Shown in pieces: positions 44,190-57,078 of a stretch of 64,000 nucleotides of DNA. The position numbers and the translations under genes are program-made. The first letter of the stretch is position 1, and every line of letters begins with the position of its first letter. Source of the stretch: Eledone cirrhosa (lineage: Eukaryota); contig CAXHJY010000109.1 of the NCBI GenBank assembly GCA_964016885.1, positions 237,713 to 301,712 of the forward strand, written 5' to 3'. Under the pieces are notes generated by a model. That model was not told the DNA's origin, made no database searches, and saw nothing but the letters and a program-made list of their open reading frames with translations.

Positions 44190-46145
44190 CCTCCAGCCCA
44201 CACTGTAAAGTGGTCATGATTGGGACACAGCAGAAAGCACCCAGCCCACACTGTAAAGTGGTCGTGATGGCGACACGACAAAAAGCACCCAGTACTCATT
44301 GTAGAGTGGTTGTGTAGGCATCATGACAAAAAAACACCCAGTACTTACTGTAAGGTAGTCGTGTAGCCAACATGACAAAAAGCACCCAGCACTCACTGTA
44401 AAGTGGTCGTGATGGCGACACGACAAAAAGCACCCAGTCCACAATGTAGAGTGGTTGTGTAGGCATCATGACAAAAAAGACACCCAGTACTTACTGTAAG
44501 GTAGTCGCGTAGCCGACATGACAAAAAGCACCCAGTACTTACTGTAAGGTAGTCGCGTAGCCGACATGACAAAAAGCACCCAGCACTCACTGTAAGGTAG
44601 TCGTGTAGCCGACATGACAAAAAGCACCCTGTACTCACTGTAAGGTAGTCGTGTAGCCGACATGACAAAAAGCACCCTGTACTCACTGTAAGGTAGTCGT
44701 GTAGCCGACATGACAAAAAGCACCCAGCCCACACTGTAAAGTGGTCGTGATGGCGACATGACAAAAAGCACCCAGTACTTACTGTAAGGTAGTCGCGTAG
44801 CCGACATGACAAAAAGCACCCAGCACTCACTGTAAAGTGGTCATGATGGCGACACGACAAAAAGCACCCAGTACTTACTGTAAGGTAGTCGCGTAGCCGA
44901 CATGACAAAAAGCACCCAGCACTCACTGTAAAGTGGTCGTGATGGCGACACGACAAAGGCACCCAGTACTTACTGTAAGGTAGTCGCGTAGCCGACATGA
45001 CAAAAAGCACCCAGCACTCACTGTAAAGTGGTCATGATGGCGACACGACAAAAAGCACCCAGTACTTACTGTAAGGTAGTCGCGTAGCCGACATGACAAA
45101 AAGCACCCAGCACTCACTGTAAAGTGGTCGTGATGGCGACACGACAAAGGCACCCAGTACTTACTGTAAGGTAGTCGCGTAGCCGACATGACAAAAAGCA
45201 CCCAGCACTCACTGTAAAGTGGTCATGATGGCGACACGACAAAAAGCACCCAGTACTTACTGTAAGGTAGTCGCGTAGCCGACATGACAAAAAGCACCCA
45301 GCACTCACTGTAAAGTGGTCGTGATGGCGACACGACAAAGGCACCCAGTACTTACTGTAAGGTAGTCGCGTAGCCGACATGACAAAAAGCACCCAGCACT
45401 CACTGTAAAGTGGTCATGATGGCGACACGACAAAAAGCACCCAGTACTTACTGTAAGGTAGTCGCGTAGCCGACATGACAAAAAGCACCCAGCACTCACT
45501 GTAAAGTGGTCGTGATGGCGACACGACAAAGGCACCCAGTACTTACTGTAAGGTAGTCGCGTAGCCGACATGACAAAAAGCACCCAGCACTCACTGTAAA
45601 GTGGTCATGATGGCGACACGACAAAAAGCACCCAGTACTTACTGTAAGGTAGTCGCGTAGCCGACATGACAAAAAGCACCCAGCACTCACTGTAAAGTGG
45701 TCATGATGGCGACACGACAAAAAGCACCCTGTACTCATTGTAGAGTGGTTGTGTAGGCATCATGACAAAAAAACACCCAGTACTTACTGTAAGGTAGTCG
45801 TGTAGCCGACATGACAAAAAGCACCCAGCACTCACTGTAAAGTGGTCGTGATGGCGACACGACAAAGGCACCCAGTCCACAATGTAGAGTGGTTGTGTAG
45901 GCATCATGACAAAAAAACACCCAGTACTTACTGTAAGGTAGTCGCGTAGCCGACATGACAAAAAGCACCCAGCACTCACTGTAAATGAGGTTGGTGTTAG
46001 GAAGGACATCCAGCTGTAGAAACCAAAACCAAATCAGTTCTGTATGAGCAAGACATGGTTACCTGACCTGGCTTTGCCCACAACAGGATAACTCATGTAA
46101 CCATGCTAGCATGGAAAAATGGACGTTAAGCAGTGATGATGATAT
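44190..46145 (+). repeat. ~48-bp minisatellite with 191-bp higher-order repeat, ending in a SINE family A tail
   Basis: About 37 AAAAAGCACCCAG..ACTGTAA units. Identical ORFs recur at 44923, 45114 and 45305 (191-bp period). SINE tail at 45985-46145. Confidence 0.9.
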
Positions 46146-46317
46146 TATATATATAGTGAGAGAGAGAGAGAGATAGGTTGATAGGTAGATAGAAAGATAG
46201 ATATACATCCATCTATTTCTGTATCTGTATGTCCACACAACAATCTCTGACCATGCAGTACTGTGTGTATGTATGTGTGTTTCTGCGTATTTCTGTGTAT
46301 CTGTGTAGTTATGTGAA

Positions 46318-46349
<32 letters not shown>

Positions 46350-46789
46350 GTTATGTATATGTTAGACAGGAATTGGTAATTTCCACAAATGGTACTTTCT
46401 TCCCATAATGTTACTTAGTGACAGTAGTTTGTTGTTGTTGTTATAGCTGTTGTTGTTGTAGCTGTTATAGCTGTTGCTATTGTTGTTGTTGTCATTCTTT
46501 TACTGATGATAGATTTAGCTTTTACACTATTTGCTATTTTAGTTTATCATCACTAAGTGCACCACTATTATTGCCTCTCTCTCACTCCCCCTCCCCTTTT
46601 CTCCCCCCCCCCCCATCTCTATATCTCTCTCTCTCTCTTACACACACCATTCCTTCCGCCTCTATATTCATCCTTTTATTATCCCACCACTACAACCATC
46701 ATTTCTACTACTTCATCTTTCTCTGTCAATATGTATTTCTCTCTTTCTCTCCCTCTCTCACTTACCATATTCCTTACATCACCCCCCCC

Positions 46790-47560
46790 CCCCATCACCA
46801 CCTACTTTGTCTCTCTCACCATTCCTTCCATCCCCACCACCACCACCACCACCACCTACTTTGTTGCCTTCTCTCTCTCTCACCATTCCTTCCACCCCAC
46901 CACCACCACCTACTTTGTTGCCTTCTCTCTCTCACCATTCCTTCCATCCCCACCACCACCACCACCACCACCTACTTTGTCTCTCTCTCTCTCTCTCACC
47001 ATTCCTTCCACCACCACCACCACCTACTTTGTCTCTCTCTCTCTCACCATTCCTTCCACCACCACCACCACCTACTTTGTCTCTCTCTCTCTCACCATTC
47101 CTTCCACCACCATCACCACCTACTTTGTCTCTCTCTCTCTTTCTCACCATTCCTTCCACCCCACCACCACCTACTTCGTGTCTCTCTCACTTACCATTCC
47201 TCCCATCCCCAGCCCCCCATCATCATCACCACCTACTTTGTCTCTCTCTCTCACCATTCCTTCCACCACCACCATCACCACCTACTTTGTCACTCTCTCT
47301 CTCTCTCACCATTCCTTCCACCACCATCACCACCTACTTTGTCTCTCTCTCTCTCACCATTCCTTCCACCACCACCATCACCACCTACTTTGTCTCTCTC
47401 TCTCTCTCTCACCATTCCTTCCACCACCACCATCACCACCTACTTTGTCTCTCTCTCTCTCTCTCTCACCATTCCTTCCACCACCACCATCACCACCTAC
47501 TTTGTCTCTCTCTCTCTCTCACCATTCCTTCCACCACCACCATCACCACCTACTTTGTCG
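46790..47560. repeat. ~55-60-bp minisatellite CACCTACTTTGT(CT)nCACCATTCCTTC(CAC)n
   Basis: Direct inspection. Confidence 0.85.
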
Positions 47561-48264
47561 CTCTGTCAATATGCATTCTGCTGCATCTCATTAACCAAGT
47601 TTTATAGTTTGTTTTGCATCTTTGCCTCGTTGCTGCAACACTTTCAGCCAGACATACTGATAGCTATTAAGGCTGTGATGTTGACATGAGAAATATTCAA
47701 ACCCTTTTTCTACCAAACTTCCTGAAACCTTCCTTCATTCTAATCTGAAAAAAGGGAAATATTGTTTTAAAGTGTTCATCATTAAAGCTTAACCTTCCAT
47801 TATAATTTTTTTTTTTTTTTTTGTTAGTAAGAAGCTTTCCTTAAGTTATGTTCCCAACACCAACTTAATAATTGTTTCTACTTTTGGCACAAGGCCAGCA
47901 ATTACCCAGTACATTACTGGTACTCTATTTTATCGACCCTGTAAGTATGAAAGACAAAGTTAACCTCGTGGGATTTGAACTCAGATCCTAAAGGGACGTA
48001 ACTATGCTGGAAAGCATGTCCGACCCTCTACCGATATTGCCAATTCAAATGCTACAGGGTTAATAATGAGATAGTTATATTACTAATCTCTCTAAACACC
48101 AACTTAATAATGAGATAGTTATATTACTAAATCTCTCAAATTGTTGAGTATTTGAAAATCATAGGTAGTGTCTTTCATTACAAATATGGTAATGAAAAGG
48201 TTGTGCTTGTATTTATCTAAAATTCCATCATAATTTTATGTAAAACCCTTTATTAAATTATGTT

Positions 48265-48470
48265 AGTGGTGCTAACTGGAGTGACTCACTGATCTCCGAG
48301 CTATGCACTCTATTGAGTAACCTTACTCCAAAGACCTTTCGGACAAACCCCATTTCAACTGCTTGTCTTCGTGATCATATTTTTTCGGTCATTACTCAAG
48401 ATTTATGACCATAGGTAAGGGTTGGTATGAATACCAATTTGAAGATAACAAATTTGGCTTTTTACACCTA
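48265..48470 (-). mobile_element. RTE LINE fragment with stop codons
   Basis: Minus strand reads KFVIFKLVFIPTLTYGHKS*VMTEKI*SRRQAVEMGFVRKV (P.L.YG.E.W...EM.F.R pattern). Confidence 0.7.
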
Positions 48471-48716
48471 CCTCCTTTCTTCCGATTTAGTAACCAGAGG
48501 AAGAACGGTAAAGTTGACCCAGTATTGCAGTAAACCAACTTAATAATGAGAAAGTTATATTACTAATTCTCTTCAAATTCTTGATTATTTTCAAAATTAT
48601 TTGAAAAGCATAGACAGTGTCTTTCATTAGAAATATAGTAATGAAATGCTTAAAGTTTATATTTATCTAAAAAAATCCTTCCATCATAATTTTATCTAAG
48701 ATCCTTTGTTAAGTTA

Positions 48717-48870
48717 CCATATTTCCCGGCGTCAAAGATGCTACTTTTTTACTAAAAGAAGTCTCAAAAATCTACCGTGTGTCCTGGAGGCTAAAGGTTG
48801 TATATTTTGTTTTTTTTTCAAATTTTTCGGTGTCAAAATTAGGGTGCGTCTTCGGTGCCGGGAAATATGG
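48717..48870. mobile_element. Tc1/mariner-pogo-type MITE with TA target duplication
   Basis: TA|CCATATTTCCCGGC...GCCGGGAAATATGG|TA. The host repeat AAGTTATGTTCC occurs uninterrupted near 29500 and 47843. Confidence 0.85.
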
Positions 48871-49675
48871 TATGTTCTAAACACCAGCTATATGTTTTAC
48901 AGACACTCATACACCATGCTTGGAACATAACTTAAAGTTTATTACATAAAATTGTGTTGGATGGTTGATTTTTGGTTTTTTGTTGTTTTTTTATAAATAC
49001 AAAGACTTTGGAATAAACAGATCTGTGTGGTAGAACGAGGACCAGTTTCAGGCATCCTGGTGTCTAAAAGCTTAACAGAAAAAGACGGTACATAATTTGA
49101 AATATTGTCAGAAATGGGTTAACAGGAATATTTTTTGTTCCAGAAGCAATTTATTGTTTTTCTTCCCATTCGTTAATCAGATCGCAGCTAATTTCATTTA
49201 AGTTGGTCTGAAATAATTGTTAAGATAGGAACTAAAGATTAGAAGTTTCTGGAACAAATAAATATATATATATCTTTGTAAACCCTCACCACCACCTTAT
49301 TTGAGATAAAAATGTTTGCGTATTTCAATTAAGGTATCATCTATCTAATATTGGTGGGAGTGGTGCCAATATTTCTGATTGAGTACTTCGGGCTAAGATC
49401 TTGGCATTTGTTAGGGGGGCTTATTTATTTATTTATTATTTATTTACTTAGTTTTAATTTAGTTTTTGTTTTGTCTTTTTTCCAATTTGGCTTAGTTTCA
49501 CTGATAAGCTGTGATAGATGTAGCAGCCTGTCAGCTGTGCCCTTCCTCCCCCACTGCCCCCCCCTCCACACATGATATAGACCACAATAAGGGTGTCTTG
49601 CACCACATTACACCTGTGTTAGACCACAGTATCACTTTATTAAACCACATTACAGGTCTCATCACCACCATCATC

Positions 49676-49707
<32 letters not shown>

Positions 49708-49855
49708 CATCATCACCATCATCATCATCGTGACCACAGTCTAACATTCCTGACAAAGTCTCGCCACAATTCACCATCTTCCATTGCTCTTGGCAATTGC
49801 TCCCGACTGAGGTTTGTATCGTCTGAGAGTTGATTGATGAATATTCAAGCAGGTC

Positions 49856-52490
49856 TTCCTCTGCTGTGTCTCCCATGAGTTCCCACTATAGTAACTTGTG
49901 TATAACTTCCTCTGCTGTGTCTCCCATGAGTTTCCACTATAGTAACTTGTGTATAACTTCCTCTGCTGTGTCTCCCATGAGTTCCCACTATAGTAACTTG
50001 TGTATAACTTCCCCTACTGTGTCTCCCATGAGTTCCCACTATAGTAACTTGTGTATAACTTCCTCTGCTGTGTCTCCCATGAGTTCCCACTATAGTAACT
50101 TGTGTATAACTTCCTCTGCTGTGTCTCCCATGAGTTCCCACTATAGTAACTTGTGTATAACTTCCCCTACTGTGTCTCCCATGAGTTCCCACTATAGTAA
50201 CTTGTGTATAACTTCCTCTGCTGTGTCTCCCATGAGTTCCCACTATAGTAACTTGTGTATAACTTCCTCTGCTGTGTCTCCCATGAGTTCCCACTATAGT
50301 AACTTGTGTATAACTTCCTCTGCTGTGTCTCCCATGAGTTCCCACTATAGTAACTTGTGTATAACTTCCTCTGCTGTGTCTCCCATGAGTTCCCACTATA
50401 GTAACTTGTGTATAACTTACTCTGCTGTGTCTCCCATGAGTTCCCACTATAGTAACTTGTGTATAACTTCCTCTACTGTGTCTCCCAAGAGTTCCCACAA
50501 CAGTAACTTGTGTATAACTTCCTCTGCTGTGTCTCCCATGAGTTCCCACTATAGTAACTTGTGTATAACTTCCTCTGCTGTGTCTCCCATGAGTTCCCAC
50601 TATAGTAACTTGTGTATAACTTCCTCTGCTGCGTCTCCCATGAGTTCCCACTATAGTAACTTGTGTATAACTTCCTCTGCTGTGTCTCCCATGAGTTCCC
50701 ACTATAGTAACTTGTGTATAACTTCCTCTGCTGTGTCTCCCATGAGTTCTCACTATAGTAACTTGTGTATAACTTCCTCTGCTGTGTCTCCCATGAGTTC
50801 CCACTATAGTAACTTGTGTATAACTTCCTCTGCTGTGTCTCCCATGAGTTCCCACTATAGTAACTTGTGTATAACTTCCTCTGCTGTGTCTCCCATGAGT
50901 TCCCACTATAGTAACTTGTGTATAACTTCCTCTGCTGTGTCTCCCATGAGTTCCCACTATAGTAACTTGTGTATAACTTCCTCTGCTGTGTCTCCCATGA
51001 GTTCCCACTATAGTAACTTGTGTATAACTTCCTCTGCTGCGTCTCCCATGAGTTCCCACTATAGTAACTTGTGTATAACTTCCTCTGCTGTGTCTCCCAT
51101 GAGTTCCCACTATAGTAACTTGTGTATAACTTCCTCTGCTGTGTCTCCCATGAGTTCTCACTATAGTAACTTGTGTATAACTTCCTCTGCTGTGTCTCCC
51201 ATGAGTTCCCACTATAGTAACTTGGGTATAACTTCCTCTGCTGTGTCTCCCATGAGTTCCCACTATAGTAACTTGTGTATAACTTCCTCTGCTGTGTCTC
51301 CCATGAGTTCCCACTATAGTAACTTGTGTATAACTTCCTCTGCTGTGTCTCCCATGAGTTCCCACTATAGTAACTTGTGTATAACTTCCTCTGCTGTGTC
51401 TCCCATGAGTTCCCACTATAGTAACTTGTGTATAACTTCCTCTGCTGTGTCTCCCATGAGTTCCCACTGTAGTAACTTGTGTATAACTTCCTCTGCTGTG
51501 TCTCCCATGAGTTCCCACTATAGTAACTTGTGTATAACTTCCTCTGCTGTGTCTCCCATGAGTTCCCACTATAGTAACTTGTGTATAACTTCCTCTGCTG
51601 TGTCTCCCATGAGTTCCCACTATAGTAACTTGTGTATAACTTCCTCTACTGTGTCTCCCAAGAGTTCCCACAACAGTAACTTGTGTATAACTTCCTCTGC
51701 TGTGTCTCCCATGAGTTCCCACTATAGTAACTTGTGTATAACTTCCTCTGCTGTGTCTCCCATGAGTTCCCACTATAGTAACTTGTGTATAACTTCCTCT
51801 GCTGTGTCTCCCATGAGTTCCCACTATAGTAACTTGTGTATAACTTCCTCTGCTGTGTCTCCCATGAGTTCCCACTATAGTAACTTGTGTATAACTTCCT
51901 CTACTGTGTCTCCCATGAGTTCCCACTATAGTAACTTGTGTATAACTTCCTCTGCTGTGTCTCCCATGAGTTCCCACTATAGTAACTTGTGTATAACTTC
52001 CTCTACTGTGTCTCCCACGAGTTCCCACTATAGTAACTTGTGTATAACTTCCTCTACTGTGTCTCCCATGAGCTCCCACTATAGTAACTTGTGTATAACT
52101 TCCTCTGCTGTGTCTCCCATGAGTTCCCACTATAGCAACTTGTGTATAACTTCCTCTGCTGTGTCTCCCATGAGTTTCCACTATAGTAACTTGTGTATAA
52201 CTTCCTCTACTGTGTCTCCCATGAGTTCTCACTATAGTAACTTGTGTATAACTTCCTCTACTGTGTCTCCCATGAGTTCCCACTATAGTAACTTGTGTAT
52301 AACTTCCTCTACTGTGTCTCATGAGTTCCTACTATAGTAACTTGTGTATAACTTCCTCTACTGTATCTCCCATGAGTTCCCACTAACTTATTCTACTGTC
52401 TCCTGTGAGTTCCCACAATAGTACCTTGTGTATAACTTACTCTACTGTCTCCTGTGAGTTCCCACTATAGTAACTTGTGTATAACTTCCT
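49856..52490. repeat. Highly homogeneous 51-bp minisatellite, about 51 units
   Basis: Unit TCCTCTGCTGTGTCTCCCATGAGTTCCCACTATAGTAACTTGTGTATAACT; no spacers. Confidence 0.95.
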
Positions 52491-52962
52491 GCTTACTTGG
52501 TTTCACTGAGAACAGATTAACACCACCACCACCACTAATAACATTAACACCACCGTCAACAACACCACCATCATCAGCATCGTCATCAACACCACCACCA
52601 CTGTTAACAATACCATCATCAACACCACTACAACAACAATACCATCAACACCTCCACCACTGTTAACACCACCACCACCACTACAACAATACCGGTAACA
52701 ACAACAATACCATCATCATCATCGTCATCAATGCCACCATTAACTCCTAGAATATCACTATCAACATCACCATCAACACCACCACCACCATTGTCACCAC
52801 CATCATCATTTGCAAGAATTAGAAAGACTACTACTGTTACTGCTATTACCACCACCACTTCCAGCACCACCACTATTAGTCCTACTACTATTACTACTAC
52901 TAATACTACCTCCACCATCACTTCTACTGCCACCACCAGTGGGTCAATGTGTGATCTTTAAC

Positions 52963-53345
52963 AGCCTGAGCCAGATCAGTGTCTCTGGATCAGTGTGTCA
53001 ACTAGAACAGATCTAAGCCAGATCACAGTGACACTGGATAAGTGTGTCAACTAGAACAGATCTGAGCCAGATCACAGTGACACTGGATCAGTGTGTCAAC
53101 TAGAACAGATCTAAGCCAGATCACAGTGACTCTGGATCAGTGTGTCAACTAGGACAGTTTGAGCCAGATCACAGTGACTCTGGATCGGTGTGTCATCTAG
53201 AACAGTCTGAGCCAGATCAGAGTGACACTTTATCAGTGTGTCATCTAGAACAGTTTGAGCCAGATCACAGTGACACTTTATCAGTGTGTCATCGAGAACA
53301 GTCTGAGCCAGATCACAGTAACTCTGGATCAGTGTGCTCTAGATC
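52963..53345. repeat. 48-49-bp minisatellite, about 8 units
   Basis: GAGCCAGATCACAGTGAC..TGGATCAGTGTGTCA.CTAGAACAG. Confidence 0.85.
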
Positions 53346-54538
53346 ACACACTGATCCAGAATCTCTATTCTAAGTAAGGTGTTGTGGACACATTTTTGTA
53401 AATGTTCTTTTTCTCCCTCATCCTTGTCTTTAAACTCCTCCACTTTACCTTATCTACTTATGTATCTATCTACCTACCTTGTTCCCTCTCCCCTAACTCC
53501 TTCTATCTACCTACTTATCTTTCTCTCTCTCAGTTGCAATATTTAAAAAAAATCTCTCGAGGAAAAACATGCCTTTCACTTCTGATTTATTATTGTTATT
53601 GTTGTTGTTGTTGTTGACAATTAATTATTAACAGCATTAACGAATGCAACAACAACAGCAGCAATAACAATAATAGCATTAAAAACTGCATTAACAATAA
53701 CAATAACACCATCACCACTGCCAACACTGCCATCAACAACAACAACAACAACAACACTACCATCACCACCACCACCACCACCACCAACAACAACAACAAC
53801 TACAGGGCTGAAAGTAATTTCAAATGAAACAAAAAAATATAGTTTGTTTTTAACTATTTTTTTACTCTCTTTTACCTGATTAAATATTTATTTTGTTTTA
53901 TTGAATTATTTCTTAAATTAATTTTTATTTTATTTCAATTTTAAATCATCTACAAATCCTATTTCCTGTCTGTTATATACACACACATATATATATACAT
54001 GTATACACAAATATATATATACACACATCATACACACACGTATATATATACGTGTATACACAAATATACACACATTCATACACATATATATATATACACA
54101 CACATTCACACATTCAACACATATACACATGTTCTGAACGTAAAAGGCCATGACTCTTTATTTTATCAAACCTGTAAAGATGAAAGGCAAAGCTAACCTC
54201 TGCGGGATTTGAACTCAGAAGTTGAAGGGCCGTAACTCTATGCCACATGCCTTCTGATGCTCAACTGATTACTGCCAATTCCCCACCCATAATGGTTTCT
54301 TATTTAGGCACAAAGCCAACAATTTTGGGGGAGATGAAAGTTGATTAAATTAACACCAGTGTATTACTGGTACTTTATTTTATTGACGCCATAAGGAGGA
54401 AAAGCAAAGTTAACCTTTGCGAGATTTGAACATGAAGAGATTTAAATTATAAAGAGGCATAAGTATATGGCACAAAGCATGGTGTCTGATGCTCTACCGA
54501 TTCTGTCAATCTACCGCCATTAGCAATGAAATATTTAA

Positions 54539-54718
54539 CATATATACTCAATTATAAGCCGACCCCCACTATTTTCTGTCTGAGAAGTTGGCAAAAATTG
54601 AAACCTTATTTAGTAGAATTTGAAGTTGATTAAAATCATGAAAATATGAGCTGACACCCTTCTACCATCGATGTATTTGGTTACATATTCTCCAGGTTAT
54701 ATTCGAGAATATACAGTA
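54539..54718. mobile_element. Degenerate mariner/Tigger-like MITE
   Basis: Imperfect TIRs TATACTCAATTATAAGCCGAC ... TTATATTCGAGAATATACAGTA. Confidence 0.45.
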
Positions 54719-54799
54719 ATTCATTAAATCCTAAATTTTTGAATATTTTCAAAATCATGAAAAATTCCTAAGCAGTGTCCTTTCATCAATAATTTCTTC

Positions 54800-54925
54800 T
54801 CCTTCTTCTTGAGAGGGTCGTGGGGGCAGAGTCCTCAAACACTCCCTCCAGCAGGTCCTGTCAGAAGCAATCGTCTCAAACTGACCCGACTGGATCCCCA
54901 AGTGAGACCAGCCAAAATCATGGAT
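54800..54925 (-). mobile_element. Possible RTE 3' remnant
   Basis: LGIQSGQFETIASDRTCWRECL resembles the GI....WE..A.DR..WR pattern. Confidence 0.4.
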
Positions 54926-55260
54926 GCCCACAGTATTGGAGTTGTGATCTCTCAATATGATAGCGAAATAAATCCAGATAAGAAAAGACCATCTTTTCAT
55001 GTTTAACCTATAAAATTTACAGATCTAAATCCTTTTTCTCGTAAATGAGTGAATTACTAGAGTAAAATGTCTTTAACTCCACCAATATTCCTCATTGATG
55101 AGGTTTCTTAAGGTTGAGCTGTGTTTCCTGTGAGTCTCTCTTTGACCTTTTCATCTCAACAACAATGTCCTTCGTACAGTTCTGGAAGATGGAAATGGCA
55201 AGTCTTTTATACAAAGCTATTTCTGATAGTGTATTATGTATTTATAAACATGTGTGTCTA

Positions 55261-55304
<44 letters not shown>

Positions 55305-55344
55305 TACACATACGCACGCACACACACACACACACACGCACGCA

Positions 55345-55376
<32 letters not shown>

Positions 55377-55531
55377 CACGCACACATACACACAGATATA
55401 TAGATATATGTATATATACACACACACATACAAATATATATAGAGAGAGAGATACAAATGGCTCTCTTGTTTTCTCTCTCTCTCTCTCTCTCGTACACAA
55501 ACGCACACACACATATATATACATATATGTG

Positions 55532-55562
<31 letters not shown>

Positions 55563-55835
55563 ATAAATAGAAATTATCTCATTGTGTAGTTTATAGAAAG
55601 ACACACTTGAAGAGGATTCCAGATTCAATGTCTAAATGTTTCACCATTTTACCATTATTCCATTTACTGTTGCTGCATCACCTCCTCCCCTTCCCCACAC
55701 CTCCTCCTCCTCCCTCTCTGTATTGTTAAGCTCTATATACAAACATCTGCCCTTTCCTCTACAACCTCCCCCTCCCCCCTCTCACTCACACCTTCATAAT
55801 GTCTTCTCTGTTTCATCATAGTATATTTTGATCTT

Positions 55836-55868
<33 letters not shown>

Positions 55869-56293
55869 GTGTGTATATATATATATATATGTGTGTGTAT
55901 ATATATATATATATGTGTGTGTATATATATATATATATGTGTGTGTATATATATATATATATGTGTGTATGTATATATATATATGTGTGTGTGTGTATGT
56001 ATATATATATATGTGTATGTATATATATATATGTGTGTGTGTATGTATATATATATATATGTCTGTGTATGTATATATATATATATGTCTGTGTATGTAT
56101 ATATATATATATATGTGTGTGTATGTGTATATATATATATATATATGTCTGTGTATGTATATATATATATATATATGTGTGTATGTGTATATATATATAT
56201 GTGTGTGTATGTATATATATATATATATGTCTGTGTATGTATATATATATATATATATATGTCTGTGTATATATATATATATATGTCCGTATG

Positions 56294-56332
<39 letters not shown>

Positions 56333-57036
56333 AAGGCAATTCCATTGCATGCATGTGTGAATATATATATAAATTGTTTGCTATTAAGTGTTTTTGTGTT
56401 GCATTCTTACAATATGGTCGAAATATTCTCTAAGATATGTCGACAATACATATGTCATTTAAATAACTTGGAGAGAGTGCCATTGATACTGTTACTGGTA
56501 ACACTTCAGTTGTATATATATAGATATATTGTCCCACTTGAGGCAAGATTGGTCGTCTCGCTCGTATAGGACTGTCTGGCAGGTTTTCTACAACTGCATG
56601 CCTTTCCTAACACCAACCACATTTACAGTGTGGACTGGACGGTTTTTACCTACCGTGTTACCTACACGGCCACATTACAGCGTGGATTGTGTGTTTTTTT
56701 TGTTGTCGTGAGACTTACACAACCTCATTTATTTGGCACTGGATGTTGTGGTACCAACATAACTTTACAGAGAAAGGGGTGATGTTGATGGGGGTGGGGT
56801 AGGGGTAGTGGGATAGGGGTATATATTTGATTAAGAGATGCCTACTGACTGTAGGTTTCACTTTGTACATAGGCAAGGCGGGTCTTCTACATTACTGCGT
56901 AGCGCCAAAGATCTCAGTCCAGTGACATTGTCTTAGAGAGGTGTAAGTGTGTAAGGTTGGAATTTATCAATCTGTCCCAGGTTTTTCTGGGTTGCCTACT
57001 CCGCAATTTCCATGAATGTTGATTACCCTGCACTGC

Positions 57037-57075
<39 letters not shown>

Positions 57076-57078
<3 letters not shown>

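Noticed and set aside
44190-45985. CRISPR-like repeat/spacer pattern
   Set aside because: The apparent spacers are two recurring variants of a SINE-internal unit.
49856-52490. CRISPR array
   Set aside because: Contiguous tandem units with no unique spacers, no cas genes and a eukaryotic context.
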